Assembly: GCA_965218675.1 (NCBI GenBank)
Contig: CBDCLP010000005.1
Coordinates: 104,798-168,797 of the forward strand
Direction of reading: 5' to 3'
Length of the DNA stretch: 64,000 nt
Source of the DNA: Granulicella sp.
Lineage (GTDB): Bacteria > Acidobacteriota > Terriglobia > Terriglobales > Acidobacteriaceae
Shown: positions 20,114 through 29,702 of the stretch, in pieces
How positions within the stretch are numbered: the stretch's first letter is position 1
How the letters are laid out: each line of letters begins with the position of its first letter
Translations under genes and position numbers: made by a program
Notes under the pieces: generated by a model
The model's input: only the letters and a program-made list of their open reading frames with translations
The model's database searches: none
Told to the model about the DNA's origin: nothing

Positions 20114-21154
20114 TCAGGCCGGCAGCGAGGCCGCGCGTTCGGAGCGTCCGGACAGCTCCGCCGCGCGCGCCTCCGCGTAGGCCGCCGCGCCCAGCAGCGC
20201 GCAGGTGTCGTCCAGGATGACACGCACCGGGATTGCTTCCAGAACCGGCCGCATGCGTCCCTTGTCTAGAAAGGCGTCGCGAAAGCGTCCGTTGGCCATG
20301 GTTTTCAGCACCTTGGGCGCAATGCCGCCGCCCAGGTAGATGCCGCCGGTGGCCAGCAGCGTCAGGGCAAGATTGCCGGCCTTGGCGCCGAGCGCGGCGG
20401 CGAACAGATTCATCGTTTCCGCGCAGATCTCGCTGGAACCCTCTTCGGCGCAGGAGCCGATCACGGCGTTGGGATCTTCCGCCAGCATGCGCTCGCGCAG
20501 CCACGCCGGCTCTTCCAGGCGCTGGTCGTCGCGCAAGAAGGCATACACATTGCGAATGCCGATGCCGGAGACCACACGCTCAAAGCTGACCCGGCCGTTC
20601 AGGGTGCGCTGCAAAAACTGCAGCAGCGCGATCTCCCGCTCGTTGCGGGGCGCAAAATCCACGTGGCCGCCTTCCGAGGGGATGGGCAGATGCCGGCGCA
20701 GCTTGCCGTCCCAAACCAGCACGCACTCACCCAGCCCCGTGCCCGCTGAGATCAGCCCGCGGTGGCCGACCCCGCTTGGGTCGCCGTCCAGCAGCGTAGT
20801 AATTTTGTCGTTGGGCAGTTCCGGAATGCCGTAGGCGTTGGCCTCCAGGTCGTTGATCAGAAAGATGTGCTCGATGCCGACGGTGCGCTGCAGGTCCCGC
20901 GCATCCAGGGTCCAGGGCAGGTTGGTCAGCTTCAGCCGGCCGTCGCGCACCGGCCCGGGGCAGCCGAAGCAGGAAGCGACAATCTCGTCCTTTTTTTCCG
21001 GGCCGCGCGCCAGAAAGGTGTTGACCACGTCATCCAGGCAGCGGTACTCCGCCGCCGGAAACTTTTCTTCGCGCACCTGCACCAGCCGGCCGCCCTCGAA
21101 GTTGTACAACGACAGATGGACCTTGGTTCCACCCACATCACCTGCCAGAATCAT
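20114..21154 (-). CDS. glk: Glucokinase
   Basis: 'MILAGDVGGTKVHLSL', 'GCPGPVRDGRLKLTNLPWTL' and 'GGIYLGGGIAPK' motifs of the Glk family. Confidence 0.9.
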   Translation of the reverse strand: MILAGDVGGTKVHLSLYNFEGGRLVQVREEKFPAAEYRCLDDVVNTFLARGPEKKDEIVASCFGCPGPVRDGRLKLTNLPWTLDARDLQRTVGIEHIFLINDLEANAYGIPELPNDKITTLLDGDPSGVGHRGLISAGTGLGECVLVWDGKLRRHLPIPSEGGHVDFAPRNEREIALLQFLQRTLNGRVSFERVVSGIGIRNVYAFLRDDQRLEEPAWLRERMLAEDPNAVIGSCAEEGSSEICAETMNLFAAALGAKAGNLALTLLATGGIYLGGGIAPKVLKTMANGRFRDAFLDKGRMRPVLEAIPVRVILDDTCALLGAAAYAEARAAELSGRSERAASLPA

Positions 21155-21295
21155 GCGCCTGCCCTGCTCCTCTTGACCCGCCGCAGCGGTCCGTTGCTCT
21201 CACGAAAGTGCAATCCTGCAAAGGTGCAGCATACGCTCTCCGGCCCGCAATGCACATCCCCCAAACGTCCGGGGACGCGGCAAGGCCAAGAGCGG

Positions 21296-22111
21296 CTAAA
21301 TCTCCAGTGTGCCGACCTTGCGTTGGAGATTGCCGGTATCCGCAACCTCGGTGGAGCGGGGAAGCGCCGCCCCGGCTGCCTCGTCCACTTGCAGCAGCAG
21401 GCGGCCGTTCGCGGGCCGGATCAGCTGCGCCGGTAGCCGTTCGACGTCGCGCGGCCCCGTGAAAACCTCCGCCACGCGGGCCGTCTTGGCTGCTCCCCCG
21501 ATCTCGAACACCACGTCGGAGGCCTGGTTGATCACCGGCCAGGTGAGCGTGATGCGCCAGGTGTCCTTCTGTGGGACGTGGTTGGCGATGCACAGACGGC
21601 CCATCTCATCGAGGCCTTCCGTATGCGGAAACAGCGAAGCCGTATGTCCGTCATCGCCCATGCCGAGCAGCAGCAGGTCGAAGGCTGGCGACTCAGCGCC
21701 TTCGAGCTTCATCGTGTTGCGCAGCACGCTCTCATAGCGAGAGGCGGCCACCTCCGGGTCCAGTTCGCCTTCCATGCGATTGACGTTGCTCGCCGGGATG
21801 CCGACGTGATCCAGCAACAGCTTTTTACACACGCCGTAGTTGGACTCCGGGTTGTCGGGCGGCACGCAGCGCTCATCCACCCAGTAGAGCTGTAGCTTGT
21901 CCCAGGGCACTGTGTTCGAGAAAGGCTGCGCGGGATCGGCCAGCAGCTTAAAGGCGGCCTGCGGCGTGGACCCGCCGGAGATGGCCACCCGAGCCACCCC
22001 GCGCCGCGCCACGGCAGCCTCCACCTTTTCCGCAAAGTTCCGCGCAGAAGCCAGCGCCAGCGCCGCAGCATCCGGCCAGATGACGTAAGTAATGGTGACA
22101 GGGGCGGGCAT
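21296..22111 (-). CDS. pgl: 6-phosphogluconolactonase
   Basis: 'VAISGGSTPQAAFKLL', 'LYWVDERCVPPDNPESNY', 'FDLLLLGMGDDGHTASLFP'. Confidence 0.92.
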   Translation of the reverse strand: MPAPVTITYVIWPDAAALALASARNFAEKVEAAVARRGVARVAISGGSTPQAAFKLLADPAQPFSNTVPWDKLQLYWVDERCVPPDNPESNYGVCKKLLLDHVGIPASNVNRMEGELDPEVAASRYESVLRNTMKLEGAESPAFDLLLLGMGDDGHTASLFPHTEGLDEMGRLCIANHVPQKDTWRITLTWPVINQASDVVFEIGGAAKTARVAEVFTGPRDVERLPAQLIRPANGRLLLQVDEAAGAALPRSTEVADTGNLQRKVGTLEI

Positions 22112-22127
22112 GGGACCTTTCGGAAAG

Positions 22128-22385
22128 TTCTTAGTTGCTAGTTGTTGGTTGTTAGTAGGCGCTTGTTGCTCGTTGTTCGTTGTTGGTGGGTATCTCCGGA
22201 CGATCCGCCTTCACTTTTCGTTGCCGAAGACCTATGTGCTCCCTTCCAGAGCTACATAGGTCGGTTGCGGCTGCCTTCGACTACCTCACCAGCATCTTCA
22301 CCAACTACGAACAACTTAGAACCAACAACGAACAACTTAGAACCAACAACGAACAACTTAGAACCAACAACCTACAACCTACAAC
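22128..22385. repeat. Palindromic/tandem-repeat intergenic element between pgl and zwf
   Basis: Three perfect 21-bp tandem units 'GAACAACTTAGAACCAACAAC' lie at 22309-22371. The left arm (22128-22190) is an imperfect reverse complement of them, e.g. 22172-22188 'GTTGTTCGTTGTTGGTG' against 22299-22315 'CACCAACTACGAACAAC' (16/17). A central hairpin 'GACCTATGT...ACATAGGTC' lies at 22229-22262. Confidence 0.85.
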
Positions 22386-22389
22386 TCCC

Positions 22390-23934
22390 TCACAGCTTCG
22401 CCCAGCACCGGCCATCGCGCTCCAGGAGCTCGTCAGCGGACTTCGGGCCCATGCTGCCGGCTTCGTAGTTGGGGAAGTCCTTGGGCGGGTTGGCCTTCCA
22501 GGCTTCCAGAACCGGCGTCATCAGGGCCCATGTGGCCTCCACGCCTTCGCGTTCGGCGAATAGCGTGCCGTCGCCCAGCATGGCGTCCAGCAGCAGGCGC
22601 TCATAGCCGTTGGCGGAGCTCTTGCCGAAGGCGTCCGCGTAGCTGAAGTGCATCTCCACGGGCTTTACATTGGTGGTCGGCCCGGGAATCTTGGCGCCAA
22701 AGATCAGCGTAATGCCCTCATCCGGCTGAATGCGCAGCTTCAGCACGTTTGGAAAGACCTTGGCATCCGACGAGTTGCCCTTGAACAGGTGCAGCGGCGG
22801 CTGTTTGAAGGTGACCGTGACCTCCGTGACGCGCTGGGCCAAACGCTTGCCGGCGCGGATGTAGAAAGGCACACCAGCCCAACGCCAGTTCTCGATGTTC
22901 AGCTTCATGGCCGCGTAGGTTTCGGTGGTGGACTCGGGGTTGACGCGGTCCTCCTGCCGGTAGCCGATCACTTTTTGTCCGTCCACCGTGCCCGGACCAT
23001 ACTGGCCGCGCGCCGTGTCCTCCACCGGAACGGGCTGAATCGCCTTCCATACCTTCAGCTTTTCTGTGCGCACGGCGTCGGAGTCGAAGCTGTCCGGTGG
23101 TTCCATGGCCACAAAGCTCAGCACCTCCATGACGTGGTTCTGCAGCACATCGCGCAGGGCGCCGGCGGTCTCGTAAAAGGGTCCGCGGCCTTCGATCCCG
23201 ATCGACTCTGCCGCCGTGATCTCCACGTGGTCGACGAAGTTGCGATTCCACACCGGCTCAAAGATACCGTTGCCAAAGCGGAAGACCAGGATGTTCTGCA
23301 CGGTCTCCTTGCCCAGGTAGTGGTCGATGCGAAAGATCTGATCCTCGTGGAGAACCTTGTTGATTTCGCTGTTCAGCGTGCGCGCGCTTTCGAGGTCGAC
23401 ACCGAAGGGCTTTTCGATGATCACGTTCACCCAACTGCCCGCGGGAGCCTCGGTCATGCCGTGCCTGCTCAGCCGCTGCGCGATGTCGGCGAAGTATTCC
23501 GGCGCCACCGCGAGATAGAAAAGACGATTGCCCTTGGTGCCAAGCTCCTTGTCGATGCCCTCCAGATAACTCTTGAGCTTCTCGAAACCGGCGTCGTCAT
23601 CAAAGTTCGTGGCGAAGTAGCGTACCCGGTCCATAAACGGCTTCAGCCTGGAGTCGCCCGCATCCACGCCGCCGCCCTTCAGGATGCCGTCCTGCATATC
23701 CGGCGCAAAGGTCGCGGACAGATCGCGGCGCGCCACGCCCACCACGGCAAAGTCCTTGGGCAGCAGCCCCTGCTGCTCAAGATGAAACAGCGCCGGCAGC
23801 AGCTTGCGCTTGGTCAGGTCGCCGGAGGCGCCAAAGATCACCACAATGCATGGATCCGGCACACGTTCATTGGAGCGAATCTCGCCGCTCACGTCCCTGT
23901 CTGTCATCGACTGCCCTGCGTCCCCTGCCGCCAT
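22390..23934 (-). CDS. zwf: Glucose-6-phosphate 1-dehydrogenase
   Basis: '[18 protein letters not shown]' and active-site 'RIDHYLGKE'. 514 aa. Confidence 0.95.
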   Translation of the reverse strand: MAAGDAGQSMTDRDVSGEIRSNERVPDPCIVVIFGASGDLTKRKLLPALFHLEQQGLLPKDFAVVGVARRDLSATFAPDMQDGILKGGGVDAGDSRLKPFMDRVRYFATNFDDDAGFEKLKSYLEGIDKELGTKGNRLFYLAVAPEYFADIAQRLSRHGMTEAPAGSWVNVIIEKPFGVDLESARTLNSEINKVLHEDQIFRIDHYLGKETVQNILVFRFGNGIFEPVWNRNFVDHVEITAAESIGIEGRGPFYETAGALRDVLQNHVMEVLSFVAMEPPDSFDSDAVRTEKLKVWKAIQPVPVEDTARGQYGPGTVDGQKVIGYRQEDRVNPESTTETYAAMKLNIENWRWAGVPFYIRAGKRLAQRVTEVTVTFKQPPLHLFKGNSSDAKVFPNVLKLRIQPDEGITLIFGAKIPGPTTNVKPVEMHFSYADAFGKSSANGYERLLLDAMLGDGTLFAEREGVEATWALMTPVLEAWKANPPKDFPNYEAGSMGPKSADELLERDGRCWAKL

Positions 23935-24031
23935 CCCTTATCTCCTCACAAGCTCTTCTGACCATCAGTGCACAGCACAGCGGAAGTCACGCCGACGAGC
24001 CTTCGCCTGACAGCCGGCGCCTCCGCGCTCA

Positions 24032-24943
24032 CTACTCTTTCTTCATGGCGTGGCCGCCGAAGGCGTTGCGCATCACGCTCAGCATACGGTCGGTGAGGTT
24101 GTTTTCCTCGCGGGACCGCAGCCGCCGAATCAACGACTCCGTGATCACCGGCGCCGATACGTTGAGGTCAATAGCCTCAAACACCGTCCAACGGCCCTCG
24201 CCCGAATCCGTCACATACGGCGCGATGCCTTCCAGCGTGGGGTTGTGCTGCAGCGCGTCCGCGGTCAGGTCCAGCAGCCACGAGCGCACCACCGAGCCGT
24301 AGCGCCAGATCTCGGCGATCTGCGTCAGGTCCAGCTGCATGGATTCCTTCGCGCCCATAATCGAAAAGCCTTCGGCATAGGCCTGCATCAGGCCGTACTC
24401 AATGCCGTTGTGGACCATCTTGACGAAGTGTCCCGCGCCCGCCGGCCCCGTGCGGCCCCAGCCCTTGTCCGGCGCCGGTGCCAGCGTTTCAAAGATCGGC
24501 TTCAGATGGTCGACCACGCCTTGATCGCCGCCCACCATCATCGAATACCCCTCAGCCAAGCCCCACACGCCGCCCGAGGTGCCGACATCCACGAACTCGA
24601 AGCCCTCTTTCTGGAGCTCGTCATGGCGGCGGATGGAGTCCTTATAGTTGCTGTTGCCACCATCGATGAAGATGTCGCCCTTGTTCATCAGGGGCTTCAG
24701 CTTGGCGATGGTCTGGTCCACGGGGTCGCCCGCCGGCACCATGAGCCACACCGCACGAGGCGACTCGGTCAGGTTCTTCACCATGTCTTCCAGCGTGTTG
24801 GCCCCCACGGAGCCGGCGTCGCTGAGCTTCTTCACCGCATCGGCGGAAAAATCAAAACCCACCACCTTGTGTCCGGCGCGGTGCAGCCGTTCGGCCATGT
24901 TGCCGCCCATCTTGCCGAGCCCGATCATTCCCAGTTCCATCAT
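24032..24943 (-). CDS. gnd: 6-phosphogluconate dehydrogenase (decarboxylating), short ~300-aa Gnd-like form
   Basis: 'MELGMIGLGKMGGNMAERL' Rossmann motif, 'IDGGNSNYKDS', 'GTSGGVWG', 'HFVKMVHNGIEYGLMQAYAEG'. Confidence 0.9.
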   Translation of the reverse strand: MMELGMIGLGKMGGNMAERLHRAGHKVVGFDFSADAVKKLSDAGSVGANTLEDMVKNLTESPRAVWLMVPAGDPVDQTIAKLKPLMNKGDIFIDGGNSNYKDSIRRHDELQKEGFEFVDVGTSGGVWGLAEGYSMMVGGDQGVVDHLKPIFETLAPAPDKGWGRTGPAGAGHFVKMVHNGIEYGLMQAYAEGFSIMGAKESMQLDLTQIAEIWRYGSVVRSWLLDLTADALQHNPTLEGIAPYVTDSGEGRWTVFEAIDLNVSAPVITESLIRRLRSREENNLTDRMLSVMRNAFGGHAMKKE

Positions 24944-25012
24944 TCACCTCGTCCAAAGCAACTTGTTCAGCTTACCGCGACCGCACGCGCCTGCTTGCAT
25001 CCGCCGCGCCCT

Positions 25013-25882
25013 CTACGAGCGACCAGCATCCGGGAAATCCGTTCCCAGCGAAACATCCTTCCACTGGTCCAGTGACTCCATGGCTTCCTGCAAGTGCTTG
25101 CGGTAGCGCTCCACCGCGCTCTTGCCCAGCACCAGATGTTTGGGCGGGTTCGGTGCGCTAATGGCCTCCACCACGGCCTCCACGGCACGCTGCGGGTCGC
25201 CGGGCTGGTGGCCGGACTGCGTTTGGAAGTATTCCCGCACCTTGCCCACGGTGTTCTCATACTCCGGGATGCGCACCTTGGCCTGCACCCCCGAGCGCCC
25301 CAGGAAGTCGGTGCGAAAGGGCCCGGGTTCCACCACCATCACCCTCACGCCAAACGGCGCCATCTCGGCAAACAACGCCTCGCTCAGACCTTCCACGGCG
25401 AACTTGGTGGCATTGTAGAAACCCCAGCCAGCCGATCCGATCAGGCCGCCGATCGAAGAGAAATTGATGATCGCCCCCGACCGCTGCTCGCGGAACTGCG
25501 GCAGCAGAGCCTTGGTCATGTCCACCAGACCGAAGAAGTTGGTGTCAAACATCGGCAGATATTCGCTCGCGCGCACCTCTTCCACCGCCCCGCAAACGCC
25601 ATAGCCGGCGTTGTTCACCAGAACGTCGATCTTGCCGGTGTAACCAACGGCATCGGCCACCGCCTTCGCGATGGAATCCGCGCTGGTGACGTCAAGCGGC
25701 ACCGTCAAGATGCCGGCATAGCGGGTCGTCAGATCGCGCAGGTCGTCCGCCTTGCGCGCGGTCGCAATCACGGTTGCGCCCACTCCATGCAGGTATTCCG
25801 CCATCAGGCGGCCAAAGCCGCTGGAGGCCCCGGTAATCATCCACGTCTGCCCTTGCTGTTTTGTCTTCGCCAGATCGGTCAT
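25013..25882 (-). CDS. SDR-family oxidoreductase
   Basis: 'WMITGASSGFGRLMA' (TGxxxGxG), 'NNAGYG', 'YNATKFAVEG' (YxxxK). Start at the internal ATG 25882. Confidence 0.85.
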   Translation of the reverse strand: MTDLAKTKQQGQTWMITGASSGFGRLMAEYLHGVGATVIATARKADDLRDLTTRYAGILTVPLDVTSADSIAKAVADAVGYTGKIDVLVNNAGYGVCGAVEEVRASEYLPMFDTNFFGLVDMTKALLPQFREQRSGAIINFSSIGGLIGSAGWGFYNATKFAVEGLSEALFAEMAPFGVRVMVVEPGPFRTDFLGRSGVQAKVRIPEYENTVGKVREYFQTQSGHQPGDPQRAVEAVVEAISAPNPPKHLVLGKSAVERYRKHLQEAMESLDQWKDVSLGTDFPDAGRS

Positions 25883-25964
25883 GCACCATGGGATGGCAAT
25901 TCCGCGCGCGGCGATGCTACGAACAAGTGCCATGTGCCAGACACTTTACCCTGGACGGCCGCCG

Positions 25965-26645
25965 TCAGGGGCGCAGCTCGCGCACCCCATGCTCCCCCGC
26001 CACCAGCGCCAGCGTCGCCATGCCCAGGAACAACCCATGCTCCACGACGCCGACGATGTCCCGAATGGCGGCCGCGGTCGCCGCCGGATCCGCGATCACG
26101 CCGCAATGGCAGTCCACGATCAGGTTGCCCTCGTCGGTAATCCACGGGCCGGCGGCGTTTCGCGCAGGTCGCAGCCCAGGGTTCAGCCCCAGCGCTGCAA
26201 GCCGCCGCGTCACCAGCGGCAGCGCCAGCCGCACCACCTCCACCGGCAGCGGAAAGCGGCCCAGCTGCCCCACCACCTTGGTCTCATCGGCCACCACGAT
26301 GAACTGCCGCGCCGCGGAGGCCACGATCTTTTCCCGCAGCTGCGCTCCCCCGCCACCCTTGATCAGCGCCAGTCCGGGCGCAATCTCGTCGGCGCCGTCA
26401 ACGTTGACATCCAGCACGGGGGTGTCGTTGAAGTTGGTCAGCGGTATGCCCAGTTGCTGCGCCAGCGCCGCGCTCGCCTCCGAGGTGGCAATGGCCTGGA
26501 CCCGCAGCCCGCCCTGCACCGCCTTGCCCAGCTCCCGGATAAAGAGCGTCGCCGTCGTCCCCGTGCCCAGACCCACCTTCATGCCGCCGGCGATCAACGC
26601 GACAGCGCGCTGGGCGGCGAGCAGCTTGGCCTCATCCTGTGTCAT
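25965..26645 (-). CDS. rpiA: Ribose-5-phosphate isomerase A
   Basis: 'GMKVGLGTGTTATLFIRELG', 'VDGADEIAPGLALIKGGGGAQLREKIVA'. Confidence 0.93.
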   Translation of the reverse strand: MTQDEAKLLAAQRAVALIAGGMKVGLGTGTTATLFIRELGKAVQGGLRVQAIATSEASAALAQQLGIPLTNFNDTPVLDVNVDGADEIAPGLALIKGGGGAQLREKIVASAARQFIVVADETKVVGQLGRFPLPVEVVRLALPLVTRRLAALGLNPGLRPARNAAGPWITDEGNLIVDCHCGVIADPAATAAAIRDIVGVVEHGLFLGMATLALVAGEHGVRELRP

Positions 26646-26816
26646 GCAAGCATGGTACTGCTACCTCCATCCGCACGGGCTGGCGCCTCACTTGCGTTTG
26701 CCCTTGGTTCGCATGTAAGTTCCATTGCAGGGTGGCACGAGCCGAAAGCGCGGCGACAAAGCAGCTTGCACGTGTGCCCGCCCAACACCACCGCCCCCGC
26801 TACAGAAAACCGCACA

Positions 26817-28496
26817 ATGGAACACGCAACCCACGGCCCACCACTCCGGGCACCTCGTCCCACCCTCTTTGTGCGGCCATCAAGGTGCAACTCCGTGAAG
26901 CACGGGGCGCTTGCCTTGCTGGGCGTTTTCACGCTTTTGTTCACGTCGCCGGCGTTTGGGCAGGCGCAGGACCTGGGCGCGCTCCTGGAACATGCGAATG
27001 CGGCGCAAACGGCCGGCAATTACGCCCAGGCGGCTGGATTTTACCGGCGTGCGGCAAAGCTTTCCCCCGAAACCGCGGAACTCTGGTCCAACCTCGGCGT
27101 CATGGAGTTTCTCGCCGGACAGCCTGATCCCGCGGCCACCGATCTTCACCACGCGCTGAAGCTGAAACCCGATCTGTTCGCCGCGCTGCTGTTTCTGGGC
27201 AAGGTGGGCGTACAGGAGCGGAAGTCGGCGGCGGCGCTCCCTTATTTGCTGCGCGCGCAAACGCTGCAGCCGCAGGACGCGGAGGTGCAGCGAACCTTGG
27301 GCAAGACGTATGAGGGGCTGGGCCGGGAACCGGAGGCAGCGCTGTCCTACCGGCGCGCCACCCAGGCCGCGCCCGAAGACCCCAGCGCCTGGCTGGGCCT
27401 GGGCTCCTCCGCCTTGCAGCTCATCGCCGTCGACGGCCGCGCGCTGGCCGTCTCCGCGCCCACCTCCGCCTGGGCACGGGCACTGTATGCGGACGAACTG
27501 CTGGCGCAAAACCGGCCCGTCGAGGCCACCGACACCTACCACGCCGTCCTCGCGGCCGCGACGCCCATGCAAAAGGCGGTGCTGGCGCGCACGCTCGCTT
27601 ATATGCAGTACGACCCGAGCCAGTTTCCGCTTCCCGCGAAGTCCCAGGCTGCGCTGCAGCAGCTCGTCCAGTTGACCGAGCATGCCCCCACCGGGCCGGG
27701 CAGCGACAGCACCGCCCTGTGCGCCGATGCCGACCATGGGCAGAGCGCGTCCTCCCTGACCATGGGTGCGGCCTGCGCCTTCTGGGCTAACGACTATGCG
27801 CAAAGCGCCGCGCAGGCCCAGGACGCTCTGCGACTGGCTCCGGGCGATCCTGAAGCGCTCTACTGGTCCGTCAAGGCCCATGAGCGCATCGCCGTGCAGG
27901 CCTTGTCGCGGGTCGATGAGCTTGCCCCCAACTCCACCGTCAACCACGACCTTGTGGGCGACCTGTACCGCTTCCAGCAGCAGCCCGACACCGCCCTCGT
28001 CGAGTACAAAAAGTCCCTGGCCCTGGACCCGCACGACGCCGCGGCGCTGCTGGGCGCAGGCACCATCTACCTCAGCCTGAGCCAATACGACCAGGCCGCC
28101 GCCATGGTGCAAAGGGCGCTGGCGGAACGTCCGCTCGACCCGCAGGCAAACCTGCTCATGGCCGAGGTCCTTGGCTCGCAGGGGCGCGAAGAGGAGGCGG
28201 TGCCGTATCTCGCCAAAAGCACCAGCGTCGCGCCTGAGTTCCAACCCAGGGTTCACTACCTCCTGGGCCGGGCAGCGGCCAAAGCCGGCAACCTGCCCGA
28301 AGCCATCCGGCAGATGGAAATGGCGCTGCCCGGCGACAAGGACGGCAGCACGCACTATCAGCTTTCGCGCCTTTACCGCCGGACCGGCGACCTGGCCAAG
28401 GCACAAACCGCCGAAGCCGAAGCCAAGGCCCTTGTCGCCCGGCGCGAAACCAACGCCGGGGTGGCGCTGCGTGAAAGCAAGGGCACCGCTCCATGA
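26817..28496 (+). CDS. Secreted tetratricopeptide-repeat (TPR) protein
   Basis: Signal-like 'ALALLGVFTLLFTSPAFGQAQ', then many TPR-like helices ('GNYAQAAGFYRRAAKLSPETAELWSNLG...'). Start is ATG 26817 or GTG 26895. The upstream part of the track ORF is antisense to rpiA/SDR. Confidence 0.8.
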   Translation: MEHATHGPPLRAPRPTLFVRPSRCNSVKHGALALLGVFTLLFTSPAFGQAQDLGALLEHANAAQTAGNYAQAAGFYRRAAKLSPETAELWSNLGVMEFLAGQPDPAATDLHHALKLKPDLFAALLFLGKVGVQERKSAAALPYLLRAQTLQPQDAEVQRTLGKTYEGLGREPEAALSYRRATQAAPEDPSAWLGLGSSALQLIAVDGRALAVSAPTSAWARALYADELLAQNRPVEATDTYHAVLAAATPMQKAVLARTLAYMQYDPSQFPLPAKSQAALQQLVQLTEHAPTGPGSDSTALCADADHGQSASSLTMGAACAFWANDYAQSAAQAQDALRLAPGDPEALYWSVKAHERIAVQALSRVDELAPNSTVNHDLVGDLYRFQQQPDTALVEYKKSLALDPHDAAALLGAGTIYLSLSQYDQAAAMVQRALAERPLDPQANLLMAEVLGSQGREEEAVPYLAKSTSVAPEFQPRVHYLLGRAAAKAGNLPEAIRQMEMALPGDKDGSTHYQLSRLYRRTGDLAKAQTAEAEAKALVARRETNAGVALRESKGTAP

Positions 28497-29680
28497 GCCC
28501 GGTCTTGCGCCACAACCGGGGCGGCTGTTTGCGCGTCCTCCTTTGCTTGTTCTGCCTGCTCCTCGTGCCCGGCGCGCGGACCCAGACCACCGCAGGTGGC
28601 GGTGCGGAAACCGCAACCCAGGACAGACTGGACGACCCCGGATGGTGGCCCACCAAGGGAACCTATCCGCGCAGCAGCTTCGTCGGCAACGCCACCTGCC
28701 AAAAGTGCCATGCCGGTGTCTTCCGGACGCAGATGGCAACGCCCATGGCGGACGCCGCCCGCCCCGCACACGATGCGCCGCGGCTGCACCAACACCCCTC
28801 CCTGTCCTTCGAGAATGGACCCTACAGCTATCGCCTCCTCACCTCAGGCGCCGGCGTTGACCTTTCGGTGAGCAACGGAGCGGAAACCGAGACAGCCCCG
28901 CTGAGCTGGGCCTTCGGCTCAGGTGAGCTCGGCCAAACCTACATGTTTCAGCGGGACGGCCGATGGTTCGAGAGCCGCCTCAGCCTGTACACAAGTACCG
29001 GCCAGTTGGACATCACCACCGGTCACAGCCCCCTGCCTCCTGAAAGTGTGCACGACGCACTTGGCCGAGGGATGAACAGCGCGGAGGCGGCACGTTGTTT
29101 CGGCTGCCACACCGGGGTGTCCACCACCGCCGGGCACTTTGAGCCGCAAAGCGCCCTCCCCGGCATCACCTGCGAAGCCTGCCATGGCCCGGGCGCCGAC
29201 CATGCCAAAGCCATGGCCACCGGTAACCCGGGAGGCAAGGCTGCCAGCCTTTTGAATCCAGCCAACCTGAGCCCGGTCGACTCGGTCGACTTCTGCGGTG
29301 CCTGCCATCGCACCTGGGCGGATGTCGCCTTTTCAGGTGCCTCGAAGCGCGAAGTGGACGTCGTTCGTTTTCAGCCATACCGGCTGGAAAGCAGCCGCTG
29401 CTGGGGCAAGACCGGGGACGTTCGCCTTACCTGCGTGGCCTGTCACGATCCGCATGTGCCGCTCCAGCGAGACGCCGCGGCCTACGATCCACAGTGCCTT
29501 TCCTGCCACCTGCGCCAACACGAGGTCGCCACCGCCACCAAACCCGGCCTCGCCTGCCCGCGAGCCGCCGATCATTGCACGTCCTGTCACATGCCCAGGG
29601 TCACAGTACCTGGGATGCACGGTGAGTTTACGGACCACCTCATCCGCGTGGTGGGCCGCAACAACCTAGCCGCGAGGTGA
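28493..29680 (+). CDS. Multihaem c-type cytochrome (7 CxxCH)
   Basis: Signal peptide, then CQKCH, CFGCH, CEACH, CGACH, CVACH, CLSCH and CTSCH. The ATG overlaps the TPR stop (ATGA at 28493-28496). Confidence 0.85.
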   Translation: MSPVLRHNRGGCLRVLLCLFCLLLVPGARTQTTAGGGAETATQDRLDDPGWWPTKGTYPRSSFVGNATCQKCHAGVFRTQMATPMADAARPAHDAPRLHQHPSLSFENGPYSYRLLTSGAGVDLSVSNGAETETAPLSWAFGSGELGQTYMFQRDGRWFESRLSLYTSTGQLDITTGHSPLPPESVHDALGRGMNSAEAARCFGCHTGVSTTAGHFEPQSALPGITCEACHGPGADHAKAMATGNPGGKAASLLNPANLSPVDSVDFCGACHRTWADVAFSGASKREVDVVRFQPYRLESSRCWGKTGDVRLTCVACHDPHVPLQRDAAAYDPQCLSCHLRQHEVATATKPGLACPRAADHCTSCHMPRVTVPGMHGEFTDHLIRVVGRNNLAAR

Positions 29681-29702
29681 TGGGTGCTGCCGCGCCGCAG
29701 CC

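Noticed and set aside
22238-22253. 'UCCAGAG' in a hairpin loop resembling the PyrR binding-loop core
   Set aside because: The match covers only 7 nt of the ARUCCAGAGAGGYU consensus. It lies on the non-transcribed strand relative to zwf/pgl and is unrelated to pyrimidine genes, and pyrR is 25 kb away.
22309-22371. Tandem 21-bp repeats considered as a mini CRISPR array
   Set aside because: The repeats are contiguous with no spacers, there are only three units, no cas genes are present, and a complementary arm lies upstream. This fits a palindromic intergenic element instead.
25752-26816. 355-aa N-terminal extension of the TPR ORF (track 25752..28496)
   Set aside because: It overlaps the SDR and rpiA genes in antisense. 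The TPR protein has its own start and signal peptide at 26817/26895.
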